Source: an uncultured virus (IMG/VR IMGVR_UViG_3300014911_000629) | Lineage: Duplodnaviria > Heunggongvirae > Uroviricota > Caudoviricetes | Strand: one strand, 5' to 3' | Virus record (IMG/VR): IMGVR_UViG_3300014911_000629 | Length of the DNA: 64,000 nt | Shown here: in pieces, positions 46,727 through 56,788 of the stretch | How positions within the stretch are numbered: position 1 is the stretch's first letter | Layout: every line of letters starts with the position of its first letter | Notes under the pieces: model-generated | Database searches by the model: none | Seen by the model: only the letters and a program-made list of their open reading frames with translations | Told to the model about the DNA's origin: nothing | Translations under genes and position numbers: made by a program

Positions 46727-47551
46727 ATGGAAGGAAGAAAGGAAATTAAGGTTTTGACAAATGAGGAGATAGATAAAATGCTCATGGAAGGAGGCATAGA
46801 GCAACTATACATTAGAAAAAAGATTGATGAAAACAAATTTGAATGCGAAATAACATGGTTGCCAAATGCGGAGGAATTGAAAACAACATGGAAAATTGAT
46901 GTATGGAATTGTCATGGCGTGCTAAAAAAGGCGGAATGGGGACTTGGATATGGCAGTATGCCAGACATATCGCCAGCGGGCAAATATGTTGATATTGGCT
47001 ATTTCTCAATACCAGTAAAACATGATGTGGAATTAACAGATGAGGAAAGCGAGAAACTTTCAAAGTTGCTATTTGAAATAATAGACAGAAATGGCATGAT
47101 AAACATGAGCGGATTTTATCCTGTAAAAGATGAAGATATTGAAAAGATAAAAGAGATAATCGGAGATAAACTATATGAAGGAGATAAAGAGGATGATTTT
47201 GGGAATATCAAAGAACTTATAGGCAATATATCAGATGATGAGATGAACGAGATAGCATTTATGCTTGTGAAACATGGGGCGGAGGTAGATACTTTAGATG
47301 AACTTGCAAGGAAAGTTGAAAAGCATGTAAAAAGTGAGGAAGGGATGAAATACCTGTATTTCACTCTTGGAAGAATTGAAGTTTTTGAAACATTGTTAGA
47401 GGCAAGAAAGAGAACAGAAAACTTGGATATGGACGAGATTTTATCCATTGTGTATGCAAACTTCTTAAATGGATTAAAGAAAAAAACAATTGAATATTTG
47501 AAGAAAAATAAGGAGGCGGAATGCAAGGAGGAGGATAAACATGGGCGTTGA
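46727..47551 (+). CDS. Hypothetical protein
   Basis: GGAGGG SD, long ORF. Confidence 0.7.
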   Translation: MEGRKEIKVLTNEEIDKMLMEGGIEQLYIRKKIDENKFECEITWLPNAEELKTTWKIDVWNCHGVLKKAEWGLGYGSMPDISPAGKYVDIGYFSIPVKHDVELTDEESEKLSKLLFEIIDRNGMINMSGFYPVKDEDIEKIKEIIGDKLYEGDKEDDFGNIKELIGNISDDEMNEIAFMLVKHGAEVDTLDELARKVEKHVKSEEGMKYLYFTLGRIEVFETLLEARKRTENLDMDEILSIVYANFLNGLKKKTIEYLKKNKEAECKEEDKHGR

Positions 47552-47771
47552 AATAATGATATATACAACAGATGAGAAGGTGTTATATCCAAAAAATTTA
47601 AAGCAGTTAAGGAAAATTATTTTTGAAAAAGTGAGACAGATAGATATACTTTTTGAAGATGATGCGGGAAAAAGAAGAATAATAAGAATTACAGATGAAG
47701 GCGTGGAATATGTTAAACCAAAAAGATTGCAATTAATAAAAGGGGATGATTTTTTTAAAAGAAGTGTTTAA
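47541..47771 (+). CDS. Hypothetical protein
   Basis: GGAGG SD; overlap with upstream gene. Confidence 0.6.
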   Translation: MGVEIMIYTTDEKVLYPKNLKQLRKIIFEKVRQIDILFEDDAGKRRIIRITDEGVEYVKPKRLQLIKGDDFFKRSV

Positions 47772-48084
47772 AGAACCAAATGAGGATGAGAAAATGCAAA
47801 CTAAAGTTATAAATTTAAGTGAGATAGCAGAAAACAATCCTACATTATGCCTGTCGCCACTGCGAGTTTTCAATGCTTGCCACAAATGTAATCATTTTTT
47901 ATCGAGGTTGCAGTATTACAAGAGAAAATACCCAGATATGAGCATTGACGAAATGATTGAAAGAGCCATTGCAGACATACCATGCAAACCCCATGTGAAA
48001 AAAGAATATGTTGAACTTCTGAAAAAGAAGACAAAAGTGTTGCAGGAACTTGCTGAAGTGCAGAAGAAGATTGACGAACTCTAA
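47746..48084 (+). CDS. Hypothetical Cys-containing protein
   Basis: CLSP...CHKC...PCKP. Confidence 0.6.
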   Translation: MIFLKEVFKEPNEDEKMQTKVINLSEIAENNPTLCLSPLRVFNACHKCNHFLSRLQYYKRKYPDMSIDEMIERAIADIPCKPHVKKEYVELLKKKTKVLQELAEVQKKIDEL

Positions 48085-48226
48085 ACAACCCTTTTCCCTT
48101 TTTATTTTTATGTGAATTTTACAAATTTTATGAATTTTACATTTTTCTTGTATGTGATTTTGAAAAATTGAGATTACGAACAGCACGCCCCTGCTGGCTG
48201 ACGTAGTGTCGCTTGCCTCCATAAAA

Positions 48227-48268
48227 TTTATATATGTAGGTTGTATATAAAAATTGGTGATGGAAATG
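48227..48268 (+). promoter_or_regulatory. Class B promoter-leader cassette, copy 3
   Basis: tttatatatgtaggttgtatataaaaattggtgatggaaatg. Confidence 0.8.
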
Positions 48269-49114
48269 GTAGATGAAAAAGAAGTAAGGATTGGGGTTGG
48301 TAATGAAAAAATAAAGATAACAAAAAAGAATGTGAATTTGATAGAGAAAGAAGATATAGTAATTGTAAGAACAACACTTGATAAGATAAATGGAGCAATG
48401 CCAACACCATCATCATTCAAATTTGCAAAGGAGTATGGAAGGGAATATGAAGGCGGTGGCATGTCAATATTTGACAAAGATGATGAAGATGCTTATATAG
48501 ATGCATTTATAGAAGGAAGAGCAGTGGAGTTTTATTTATATGATGAAACAAAAATTACAATACACTATGGAGGAAAAGTAGAAATAAGATACTGCATAAC
48601 AGATGAATTTCTTGAGGAGGAGGAGATAACCATTGATGATATGAGAGATTTTGTAGCAGAGTATTTATTGAGTATAGGAGATGTTATATTAGTGAAAAAT
48701 GTGAGGAAAACAATAGGAAGAAATTTATGGAAAAAGTTTGGTAAAAAGACACCAGAAATAGCGGAGGAGTTTGATGAACATATACAGAACTTCGCAGATA
48801 AACATGGATTGAGCAAAGAGGAAATAATAGAACTCATGATTGGCTTTATTGACTATGCATTTGACAAGGAAGGAGACATTGAAAAGATATTCACGGCGAT
48901 AGTAAATGAAGATTTCCATGAAGCATTATGCTATCTTTCGGATTACATATTGATAGCAAACTGGTATGATAAGGAGGACTTGGAAAATGTGATTGATAAA
49001 GAACTTGATGAGGAAGAATACAGAAAAATAATAGAGGAATGGAATGATGATGGATTGCATGATGAAGTGAATGAAGTAATAAGAGATTTCATAAACGAAA
49101 GAGGAGGGATGTAA
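48266..49114 (+). CDS. Acidic hypothetical protein
   Basis: Start set by cassette. Confidence 0.7.
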   Translation: MVDEKEVRIGVGNEKIKITKKNVNLIEKEDIVIVRTTLDKINGAMPTPSSFKFAKEYGREYEGGGMSIFDKDDEDAYIDAFIEGRAVEFYLYDETKITIHYGGKVEIRYCITDEFLEEEEITIDDMRDFVAEYLLSIGDVILVKNVRKTIGRNLWKKFGKKTPEIAEEFDEHIQNFADKHGLSKEEIIELMIGFIDYAFDKEGDIEKIFTAIVNEDFHEALCYLSDYILIANWYDKEDLENVIDKELDEEEYRKIIEEWNDDGLHDEVNEVIRDFINERGGM

Positions 49115-49300
49115 ATGGATGAGTTTGAAGATTTAACTCCAGAGGAATTAGAGGAGTTGGAAAAACTATACTATGATATTCATGGAATTTGTGAAAGGTG
49201 TTATAAGGAAAGGAATTGTGCAGTGTTTAGAGGCAAATTACTTTGTAAAGAATGCATTGATGAAATAAGATTGCATGATGGATTAGTGGCATACGTTTAA
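49115..49300 (+). CDS. Small zinc-finger protein
   Basis: CERC...LCKEC. Confidence 0.65.
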   Translation: MDEFEDLTPEELEELEKLYYDIHGICERCYKERNCAVFRGKLLCKECIDEIRLHDGLVAYV

Positions 49301-49395
49301 CTGTCCCGCCCCTCCTCCCTCTTTTTTATTTTTGTATGAAAATTGATGATGGTAAAAAAGGTAATTTTTATATATGCAATTTGTATTTACAAACT

Positions 49396-49878
49396 ATGAA
49401 TAAAATTGTAGTCAGAATTGCTGACATAGATAAACAAATAATCAAAAAAATCAAAGAGAATGAAATGATAACTTTAGGTTTGCTTGTTCCAGAACTTCCA
49501 GAATATCATAAAAGTGCAATATGGAAAAGCGTTAATATGCTGAAAAGAGCGGGAATAATTGAAGTTGTAGATAGAATGTATAAAATAGCAGATGGCATAG
49601 ATGTTGAAAAAATTGAGGAAACTGGAGAAATAACATTAGAACCAGACATGCTGAAACTAACGGATAATCACATTGAAATTCTTAAACTGTTAAATGAGCG
49701 TGGCAAAAAAACAAAACTGGCATTCATAAGACATAAATTAAATTATACATTTTGGAAAGCAGTGCATACTCTTGAGGAGTTGCGTTTTCTTGGGTTGGTA
49801 AAAAGGGAGAAGAAAGGTATATATGAAATAACCCCTATCGGAAAGGAATTAATTGAAAATGGAAAGCACACCACTTGA
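49396..49878 (+). CDS. Double winged-helix protein
   Basis: MLKRAGII and LEELRFLGLVKREKKGIYEITPIG; leaderless start 24 nt after TATA. Confidence 0.7.
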   Translation: MNKIVVRIADIDKQIIKKIKENEMITLGLLVPELPEYHKSAIWKSVNMLKRAGIIEVVDRMYKIADGIDVEKIEETGEITLEPDMLKLTDNHIEILKLLNERGKKTKLAFIRHKLNYTFWKAVHTLEELRFLGLVKREKKGIYEITPIGKELIENGKHTT

Positions 49879-50089
49879 ACTTGAGCGGAAAAAGAGATAC
49901 AAACAATTTGATGAAGGTAGGTATATTTTTGTTGTCCAGAACCATGAATTAATGGCTATGCTTGAAACTGAATTTGAAAATATTGAAGATGTTTTGCATA
50001 AGGTAAAACTTGATTTGATGACGATGGCACATTATGGGCAGGCGGATGGCGAAAAGTTTTTCATAAAGATTTTCTTGAAAAGAAAGTGA
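49853..50089 (+). CDS. Hypothetical protein
   Basis: In operon. Confidence 0.55.
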   Translation: MKMESTPLELERKKRYKQFDEGRYIFVVQNHELMAMLETEFENIEDVLHKVKLDLMTMAHYGQADGEKFFIKIFLKRK

Positions 50090-50205
50090 GCGGAACAAGA
50101 CGGGTTGTGTGGAGTTGAACGGGCATTTATACAAATTTTTTGTGTTATGGCAATGGATTTTATAAAAAATGTAAAATAAAAAGATTGCACTGCTGAAAGA
50201 AAAAA

Positions 50206-50247
50206 TTTATATAGCCGAATTGCATATAGTAATTGGTGATGAAAATG
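50206..50247 (+). promoter_or_regulatory. Class B promoter-leader cassette, copy 4
   Basis: tttatatagccgaattgcatatagtaattggtgatgaaaatg. Confidence 0.85.
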
Positions 50248-51012
50248 GTGGGAAATCTGGAGAAAGAGTTTGAGGGTTTGGTGAAAAATGTATTGATAAG
50301 GGCGAAAGAAGAACTGGAGGAGTTGAATGAGGAGGACTTTCCCTATGACTTTAACAGCAATGCCATCCATGAGATAGTAGATGAGGAAGTAGATGATTTT
50401 GTCTGTGGATTTAGCAGGCAGGATTGCCTTGCATGGATTGACTTTTGCGGAAATGAGGAGCATGTAGATAGAGGCATAATAGATACTTCCAGCATAGACA
50501 GGATACTCATTACCACAGCATACGAATGCATCAGAATGAAACTTTTTGAGGATGACTTAATTAACGATTTACAGGAGTATGAACTCACAGCAGAGAAAAG
50601 GGATGAATTTATACGCAGAATAAACGAAAGGATAGGAGATGAGGAATACAAGGTTGGAGAAGATAATGAAACACAGATTTTTATAGAAACTGAATTTGAT
50701 ATAGAGGCAAATGACTTCAAAGAACCATACTTTGCAAGAGAGCAGATAGTAGAACTTGGAGGAGGAGACATAAAGATACTGAATGAAGCATTTGATATGG
50801 AAAAGATAAACAGAAATGCCATTGTTCTTGAGAAAAAGAGGCAGGGGCTATACAGAATATACCTGATGGATAAGGATAAAAATGTTGATATAAGGAAATT
50901 CTTTGATAAAAAACATTTTGATAGCAAAGATGAACTCCTTGATGTCCTAATACGCATGTCTAATGAACTTTTTATGAATAATGCAAAAAAGCATGTTGAA
51001 AAGGAGGGATGA
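50245..51012 (+). CDS. Acidic hypothetical protein
   Basis: Start set by cassette. Confidence 0.7.
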   Translation: MVGNLEKEFEGLVKNVLIRAKEELEELNEEDFPYDFNSNAIHEIVDEEVDDFVCGFSRQDCLAWIDFCGNEEHVDRGIIDTSSIDRILITTAYECIRMKLFEDDLINDLQEYELTAEKRDEFIRRINERIGDEEYKVGEDNETQIFIETEFDIEANDFKEPYFAREQIVELGGGDIKILNEAFDMEKINRNAIVLEKKRQGLYRIYLMDKDKNVDIRKFFDKKHFDSKDELLDVLIRMSNELFMNNAKKHVEKEG

Positions 51013-51389
51013 AGATGGGAGAGGAGTATGTGCTGGTTTGTGTAAGTGAGGAGGAATACGTGGAATTTCCAGCAGGCAAGCAGGCGGAGATAATGCTGGA
51101 TAATTTTGCATGTAAAATTGTAGCAGGATTTGTAATGAGAAATTCTCTTGGTTATGGGAGTGAAAATGAATATGCTTTTGTAAGCAAGGATACCTTTTAT
51201 AACAAAGGGCTTGACAAAAAGTTTAGAAATGCAACAGCAGATGTTATAGAATTTTTGATTGAAAGTGGCTATCTTGACATAAAGAAGTTATGTGTTTTTG
51301 ATGTTGGATGGATATATAAAAAGTTTGAAGAAGCAGGCATGTTGGACGAATTGAAAGAAATTTTGAGTAGAAAGGAGGGAGAAAAATGA
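51009..51389 (+). CDS. Hypothetical protein
   Basis: ATGA overlap, SD. Confidence 0.65.
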   Translation: MKMGEEYVLVCVSEEEYVEFPAGKQAEIMLDNFACKIVAGFVMRNSLGYGSENEYAFVSKDTFYNKGLDKKFRNATADVIEFLIESGYLDIKKLCVFDVGWIYKKFEEAGMLDELKEILSRKEGEK

Positions 51390-51823
51390 AAGAACCATTA
51401 GTTAGGCATTTAAAGAAGGAATATGAGAAGGCGAAAAAGGAAGGAAGGGAGATATTTAAGATAGGAGAATATGAGTTTTATACTGAATATGCAAAATATC
51501 TCATTGAATATCTTGAACATAAAAAGATAGACGATAGAATGCCACTAAAGGATATATTTGAGAAAGTAAAGGAAACAGGAATAAAAACAGGAGATGAAAT
51601 AGGAGAGGTTATGATTATCATTCCAAAAGAAGTGAAAAAGGAAGCGGAGAAGAAAGGATGGAAATTTGAAAAGGACAGATGGATATGCCCGAATGGGCAT
51701 AAGCAAATTAGTTTTCTTGCAACATACAATGGCATCATAGTAAAAGTTTGGTGTGAAGAATGTGATGCTGAATTTGTAAATAGAGAGGAATGGGAAAAGA
51801 TAGTAGGGGGTGTTGCCTCATGA
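51386..51823 (+). CDS. Zinc-ribbon-containing protein
   Basis: CPNGH...CEEC. Confidence 0.6.
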   Translation: MKEPLVRHLKKEYEKAKKEGREIFKIGEYEFYTEYAKYLIEYLEHKKIDDRMPLKDIFEKVKETGIKTGDEIGEVMIIIPKEVKKEAEKKGWKFEKDRWICPNGHKQISFLATYNGIIVKVWCEECDAEFVNREEWEKIVGGVAS

Positions 51824-52455
51824 AGATAAACAAGGTTGAAACTATGATAAGGATTAAAGAACTGAAGGAAGAAATAAGCAAAATTGACGGTGAGATACTG
51901 ATACTCCAGAAACAGATGGAAGAAGCAATGAAACCATTTAAAGAAAAGATTGACAAGTTGTCCAAGCAGAGAAACGAACTCCAAAATGAGTTGAATAGAT
52001 TAAAGCATTCTATGGAATATGTAAAATTTGAAGAATTTGTAAAATATAGAAAAGATAAAATGACTTTGAAGGAGTTGATTTTGAAAGGCGAGGGAACATT
52101 TGGGGACTACCTGTATTTTCTTCCATCTGGAACAGCAGTAAAGCCATCCATCTTCTTGAAGATAGATAGAGAATTTGAAAATCTTGAGACATTTGCAAAA
52201 TACTTGAAGAAACTGCTTGGAGAAATCAAACATATTGACTATGGTTTATCTGGAATTATTGAAAAATATACAGAGGGCAGAGTGGAGTGCTATGATGATA
52301 CTCCAGTTGAGGTTGCAAAGAAACTCTATCTGAATGGTTTTATAGTTGGTTGGAACGGAGAAATCTATGTTAGACGCTTGGATAAAAATGTAAGGTATGT
52401 TAGGAATATAGATAAGATAATTGTGGTGAAAAAAGGAAAGGGGGTGAAAAGTTGA
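51820..52455 (+). CDS. Coiled-coil hypothetical protein
   Basis: N-terminal heptads; ATGA overlap. Confidence 0.65.
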   Translation: MKINKVETMIRIKELKEEISKIDGEILILQKQMEEAMKPFKEKIDKLSKQRNELQNELNRLKHSMEYVKFEEFVKYRKDKMTLKELILKGEGTFGDYLYFLPSGTAVKPSIFLKIDREFENLETFAKYLKKLLGEIKHIDYGLSGIIEKYTEGRVECYDDTPVEVAKKLYLNGFIVGWNGEIYVRRLDKNVRYVRNIDKIIVVKKGKGVKS

Positions 52456-52859
52456 AGTTTGTATATACATTGGGAGGGAAAAGAGAATTTTTCTTGCTCC
52501 TTGAAAAATTGAGACAGGCAGGCAAAATCTGTGTAAAGAACCTATATGAATTGAAAACAGAATTTGAACAAAAAAGAGGATGGAAATACAGAACAATTGT
52601 GGAAAGGCATATCTATCTTGCAGAAGTATGTTCATATTTGGGTTTTGCACCAAGAAATTTAGCACCACATGAGAAGCAAGAAGAAATAAAGAAGTATGGT
52701 TGGTGTCCTGAATTTGAGGCAAGATGTAGTGCATCTGAAAATAAAGAAATGAAACCTGAAATATGTAAAAAAATATGGAAGGGAGAACCGCATCGCAACC
52801 TTGCTATCATATATTTTGAAGATAGAATAAGAAAAGAACCTTTATATGAGGAGGGATGA
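52452..52859 (+). CDS. Hypothetical protein
   Basis: TTGA overlap; WCPE...C...C. Confidence 0.6.
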   Translation: MKFVYTLGGKREFFLLLEKLRQAGKICVKNLYELKTEFEQKRGWKYRTIVERHIYLAEVCSYLGFAPRNLAPHEKQEEIKKYGWCPEFEARCSASENKEMKPEICKKIWKGEPHRNLAIIYFEDRIRKEPLYEEG

Positions 52860-53992
52860 AAATGAATGAGTTAGTAAAAAAGGTAAATAGGATAAGAGAT
52901 GAATTAAACGGATACTTCCTTGAAAGGAAGGAAGAAATAGACATAATGATAACAGCAATACTATCTAAAAAGCATGTATATCTGCTTGGAGAGGCAGGCA
53001 CAGGAAAAAGTATGTTGTGCAGGGCAGTGGCAGGGCATATTGAAGGGGCTAAATATTTTGATTGGCTCTTGACAAAATTCACTACGCCAGATGAAATCTT
53101 CGGTCCGCCTAACATTAAGGCATTGGAGGAAGGAAGATATGAGCGAGTAATTGAAGGAAAATTACCAACAGTGCATATTGCCTTCCTTGATGAAATCTTT
53201 AAGGCAAATAGTAGCATCCTCAATTCTTTACTCAAAATCATCAATGAGCGTTTGTTTGATAATGATGCAAAACCGATAGCAGTGCCATTAATTTCTCTTT
53301 TCACAGCAAGCAATGAACTTCCAGATACCGATGAGAACCTGTCAGCATTATATGATAGATTACACTTGAGGAAGTTAGTTAAACCAATCAGCGATATTGA
53401 TAATGAAAGAAGATTGTTAAAACTTGAGGATAAATATGAACCAAAAACAAAGATAACCCTTGATGAACTTGAAAAACTGCATACACTTGTAAAGCGTGTT
53501 GATATTGATTATGTTATTGATGATGCTATAAAGATTTTTAGAGCAGTAAGAGAGAAAGGAGTATTTGTGAGCGATAGGAGAAAGAAGGAGAGCATGGACA
53601 TTGTCAGGGCTTATGCATTGATGAACGGCAAAACGAAGGCAGATATAGATGATTTGGAAATATTACAGTATGTGCTTTGGAATGAACCACAGGAAATCCA
53701 GAATGTGGCATCCACAGTGCTACAAATTAGCAATCCATTTGAAGAAAAAGCAAGGGAACTTATGGCAATGCTTGATGACTTGGAGAAGAAGATAGAAAAA
53801 TATGAGCAGTTAGAACCTGATGTTTATGAAATCTATCAAAAGTTGGTTGCACTTGAAAAAGATACAAGCAAACTCATTGAAACAGCAAACAGGATAAAGA
53901 AGAATGCAAAATCACTGGAAGAAGTGCATGAAAGAATAAAGTATATGATAAAGAAGATGAGAAAAGATTTTTGGGGAATTGAGGGGGGATGA
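52856..53992 (+). CDS. RavA-like MoxR AAA+ ATPase
   Basis: GEAGTGKS, LLTKFTTPDEIFGP, AFLDEIFKANSSILNSLL, ASNELP, ALYDR, SDRR. Confidence 0.9.
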   Translation: MKMNELVKKVNRIRDELNGYFLERKEEIDIMITAILSKKHVYLLGEAGTGKSMLCRAVAGHIEGAKYFDWLLTKFTTPDEIFGPPNIKALEEGRYERVIEGKLPTVHIAFLDEIFKANSSILNSLLKIINERLFDNDAKPIAVPLISLFTASNELPDTDENLSALYDRLHLRKLVKPISDIDNERRLLKLEDKYEPKTKITLDELEKLHTLVKRVDIDYVIDDAIKIFRAVREKGVFVSDRRKKESMDIVRAYALMNGKTKADIDDLEILQYVLWNEPQEIQNVASTVLQISNPFEEKARELMAMLDDLEKKIEKYEQLEPDVYEIYQKLVALEKDTSKLIETANRIKKNAKSLEEVHERIKYMIKKMRKDFWGIEGG

Positions 53993-54444
53993 AAATGGAG
54001 GAGAGAACAATTAAAGAGTTGGAAAAGAAAATAAAGGAGGAAGGCAACCTGCATATATTTTCCTATAAAGGTATAATAGGATTGATTATGCGTCCTCATT
54101 TAGTAAAGAAGATATACGATGATTGGAAAAGAAAACTGATACATTGGTGTGGGTATGCATTGATACCAGCAGAAACACCATTAGGAAAATGGATATTGGA
54201 AAACAAAGATAAAATAGAGATGGAAGTTAAAGTGCATGGAGGAATTACTCTAATTGAAGAAGAAGATGGCATAGTATGGATTGGCTTTGATACGGCACAT
54301 TGGGGAGATATTTCATTTTTAGGAGATACACATGCTTATGCAACATATAAAGACAAGGAATATGTATTGAGCGAGACAAAAAAATTGATAGATGAAATCT
54401 TGAGATTATATTCTGGTATAAAGTTTGTTGGGGGTGATGCCTGA
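53989..54444 (+). CDS. Conserved virus-type hypothetical protein
   Basis: HWCGY...VHGGIT...WIGFDTAHWGD. Confidence 0.65.
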   Translation: MKMEERTIKELEKKIKEEGNLHIFSYKGIIGLIMRPHLVKKIYDDWKRKLIHWCGYALIPAETPLGKWILENKDKIEMEVKVHGGITLIEEEDGIVWIGFDTAHWGDISFLGDTHAYATYKDKEYVLSETKKLIDEILRLYSGIKFVGGDA

Positions 54445-55061
54445 TGTCTCTTATATACTTGGTTAAGGTTTATATGAGTTATGATGAAGTGGTAGAAAGC
54501 ACAAAGGAGATAGATGAGAGAAAGAGGGAAATTGTGCTAAAATATGACAAGGAGACAAGGAAAAAGATTAACTATGTCAGGGAAAAAAGGAGGAGGGAGG
54601 CATACCAGCACACAGCAAAATTCTTTGATTTGCATTTTGCAACAGAAGAAGCATTGAAGAAGATAAAGAAGATTGTAGAGATAGCGGATAAAGAAATGAA
54701 ACAAATAAACCCAGAGTTGTATGCATCGCTTGTTGCTATACCGTTGCCAGTTGCAGAGTTAAAGAGGCGTGGAGAACTGTATGAAAAGATATACTATGCA
54801 ATATGCCTCCAAATGGCAGAGGCAGTTTTCAATCATGTTAAAAAGTTGAAATCGGAAGTGCCATCAAAGAGAAGCAGAAGGAAACTTGAAGAATTACTTG
54901 AAAAGTTTGAGGAGTTAAATGTAATCGGAGATGAAAGGATAAACGAGAAGATACAGGAGTTAAAGTTGCTAATAAATAGAACAACAGAGGAAATAAAAGA
55001 GCAGATTTTGGAGGATATAGAAAACTTGAGGAGAGAGTTGCAGGAGATGATGATAGCATGA
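54444..55061 (+). CDS. Helical protein, possibly DUF3150-like
   Basis: Lies between the RavA-like and ViaA-like genes; EKFEELNVIGD. Confidence 0.5.
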   Translation: MSLIYLVKVYMSYDEVVESTKEIDERKREIVLKYDKETRKKINYVREKRRREAYQHTAKFFDLHFATEEALKKIKKIVEIADKEMKQINPELYASLVAIPLPVAELKRRGELYEKIYYAICLQMAEAVFNHVKKLKSEVPSKRSRRKLEELLEKFEELNVIGDERINEKIQELKLLINRTTEEIKEQILEDIENLRRELQEMMIA

Positions 55062-55067
55062 GGAGGG

Positions 55068-56663
55068 ATGAAAAAGATGTTAATGAAAAAAATTGAAACA
55101 AACAATTTAATGGATGGCATCTTGAACAGAATAATTAATTTATCAAAGAATACAGTAGAGCATGATGCTTTTGATAAGATGGCTTTTGACAAAATGTTTG
55201 AAAAATGCGAGCAGATGCAGAATATATATAACATAGCATCTGGAGAACCTTTCCCAATAGAGGTTGGAAAACATGCATTTCAAATTGTTAAATCAAAGGA
55301 GGATTATCATTATCCATTCATAAAAGAATTGCAACAGGATATCTTTTATTCCTTCTTTAAGTATAATCCAAAGTTTTTAGATGATGAGAAGATACAGCCA
55401 GAGTTTAGAGTGCATAAAGAGATGATACGGAAGGCACAGAAAAATGAGAATTGGCGTAAAATGAGAAACATGACAAAACTGGATGAGGTAAATTCTGCAA
55501 TTGCAACAACATATTTTAGTGCAGAACTTCTAAAAGAGATGGCAAAGAGAGATAAGAAATTCAGACAGCAGATGTTTAAATTGAAAGAACAAAGACAGCA
55601 GTTGATTGATTTGATGAAAGATTTTGCAAATGCAAAGAAGGAGAAGGAGAGAAAACAATTAGCAGAGCAAATGGAAAAATTAATGCAGGATATACAACAG
55701 CAGGCGGAGCAGGCAATGAAGAATATTTCGCAAATTACAGTATCGCAGGCAATTAAAAATGCAACAAAGAAGATGGCAGAATATCATGAAACAACAAATG
55801 CATTGATGTGGGGAAGTGAGGCATCGCAGATGCAGAGGGTTAATCCAGATGAGAGAATAGCCCTTGCTAACTATCTGCTAACAAATGAGAAACTGTTTAA
55901 ACTTGTAAGGGAGTTGGGTAAATTAAAGAATGTATTTGTTGAAACAAAGAGGAGAGAGATAAAGCACGGAACATCAGAAGTATATTCTGTTGATATTGGC
56001 AGAGATTTAGGAAAGATATTGCCATGCGAAGTATTAAAAATGAAGCATCCAGTGTTGAAGAAGGACTTTTATAAGAGATTTTTAGAGGGCAGTTTGCTTG
56101 AATATTCATTGAGAAGCAAAGAAAAATTAGGCAAAGGAAACATCATAGTATGCCTTGATTGTTCGGGCAGTATGAACCTAAAATTATATGATGAAATCAC
56201 AAGAGAGATATATGCAAAGGCACTGGCTCTTGCAATACTTGAGATGGCAGTAAGAGAGAATAGAAAATATCATTTAATTTTGTTTGAAGCAAATGTAAGG
56301 AAGGAATTTTCATTTGCCAGAAATAAAAAGCCAAAAGTAGATGACATTGTAAATATTGCAAGCATGCATTTTGGTGGCGGAACTAATTTTGAAGCACCAT
56401 TGGAAAGAGCGTTATCCTATGTGAATGAGAATGCGGATATTGTTTTCATAACAGATGGTGAATGCAGAGTAGGAGAGAACTTTTTAATAAAGTTTAATGC
56501 AGTTAAAAAGAAATTGAACTTCAAAGTCGTCGCATTGCAGGTCGGCGATGCATCAACAGAACCATTGGAAGAATTTAGTGATAATGTTATAAATTTTACA
56601 AAATTTATAGAAACTTCAAAATCTGTATTTTCCTCGCTGATGAAAGGGGGTGGTGTAACGTGA
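55068..56663 (+). CDS. ViaA-like VWA protein
   Basis: GRDLGKILPCE, IVCLDCSGSM, GGTNF, DIVFITDG. Confidence 0.88.
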   Translation: MKKMLMKKIETNNLMDGILNRIINLSKNTVEHDAFDKMAFDKMFEKCEQMQNIYNIASGEPFPIEVGKHAFQIVKSKEDYHYPFIKELQQDIFYSFFKYNPKFLDDEKIQPEFRVHKEMIRKAQKNENWRKMRNMTKLDEVNSAIATTYFSAELLKEMAKRDKKFRQQMFKLKEQRQQLIDLMKDFANAKKEKERKQLAEQMEKLMQDIQQQAEQAMKNISQITVSQAIKNATKKMAEYHETTNALMWGSEASQMQRVNPDERIALANYLLTNEKLFKLVRELGKLKNVFVETKRREIKHGTSEVYSVDIGRDLGKILPCEVLKMKHPVLKKDFYKRFLEGSLLEYSLRSKEKLGKGNIIVCLDCSGSMNLKLYDEITREIYAKALALAILEMAVRENRKYHLILFEANVRKEFSFARNKKPKVDDIVNIASMHFGGGTNFEAPLERALSYVNENADIVFITDGECRVGENFLIKFNAVKKKLNFKVVALQVGDASTEPLEEFSDNVINFTKFIETSKSVFSSLMKGGGVT

Positions 56664-56788
56664 GTGCTATCAAAATCGTGTTGATAACTGTCTTTGGTAT
56701 AATCATCTATTGGATAATCCTATTCCTGTGGTTCTGGTTAGAAAAAAAGGAGGAGGAATGGTATAGAAGAAAGGGGTGGTTAAAGTGA
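56660..56788 (+). CDS. 42-aa single-TM protein (not in ORF track)
   Basis: GTG start overlapping stop; MSAIKIVLITVFGIIIYWIILFLWFWLEKKEEEWYRRKGWLK. Confidence 0.5.
   Translation: MSAIKIVLITVFGIIIYWIILFLWFWLEKKEEEWYRRKGWLK

Noticed and set aside
46260..50679. 19-nt identity AGATAATGAAACACAGATT (DNETQI) in two early genes
   Set aside because: The flanking protein sequences do not align; insufficient support
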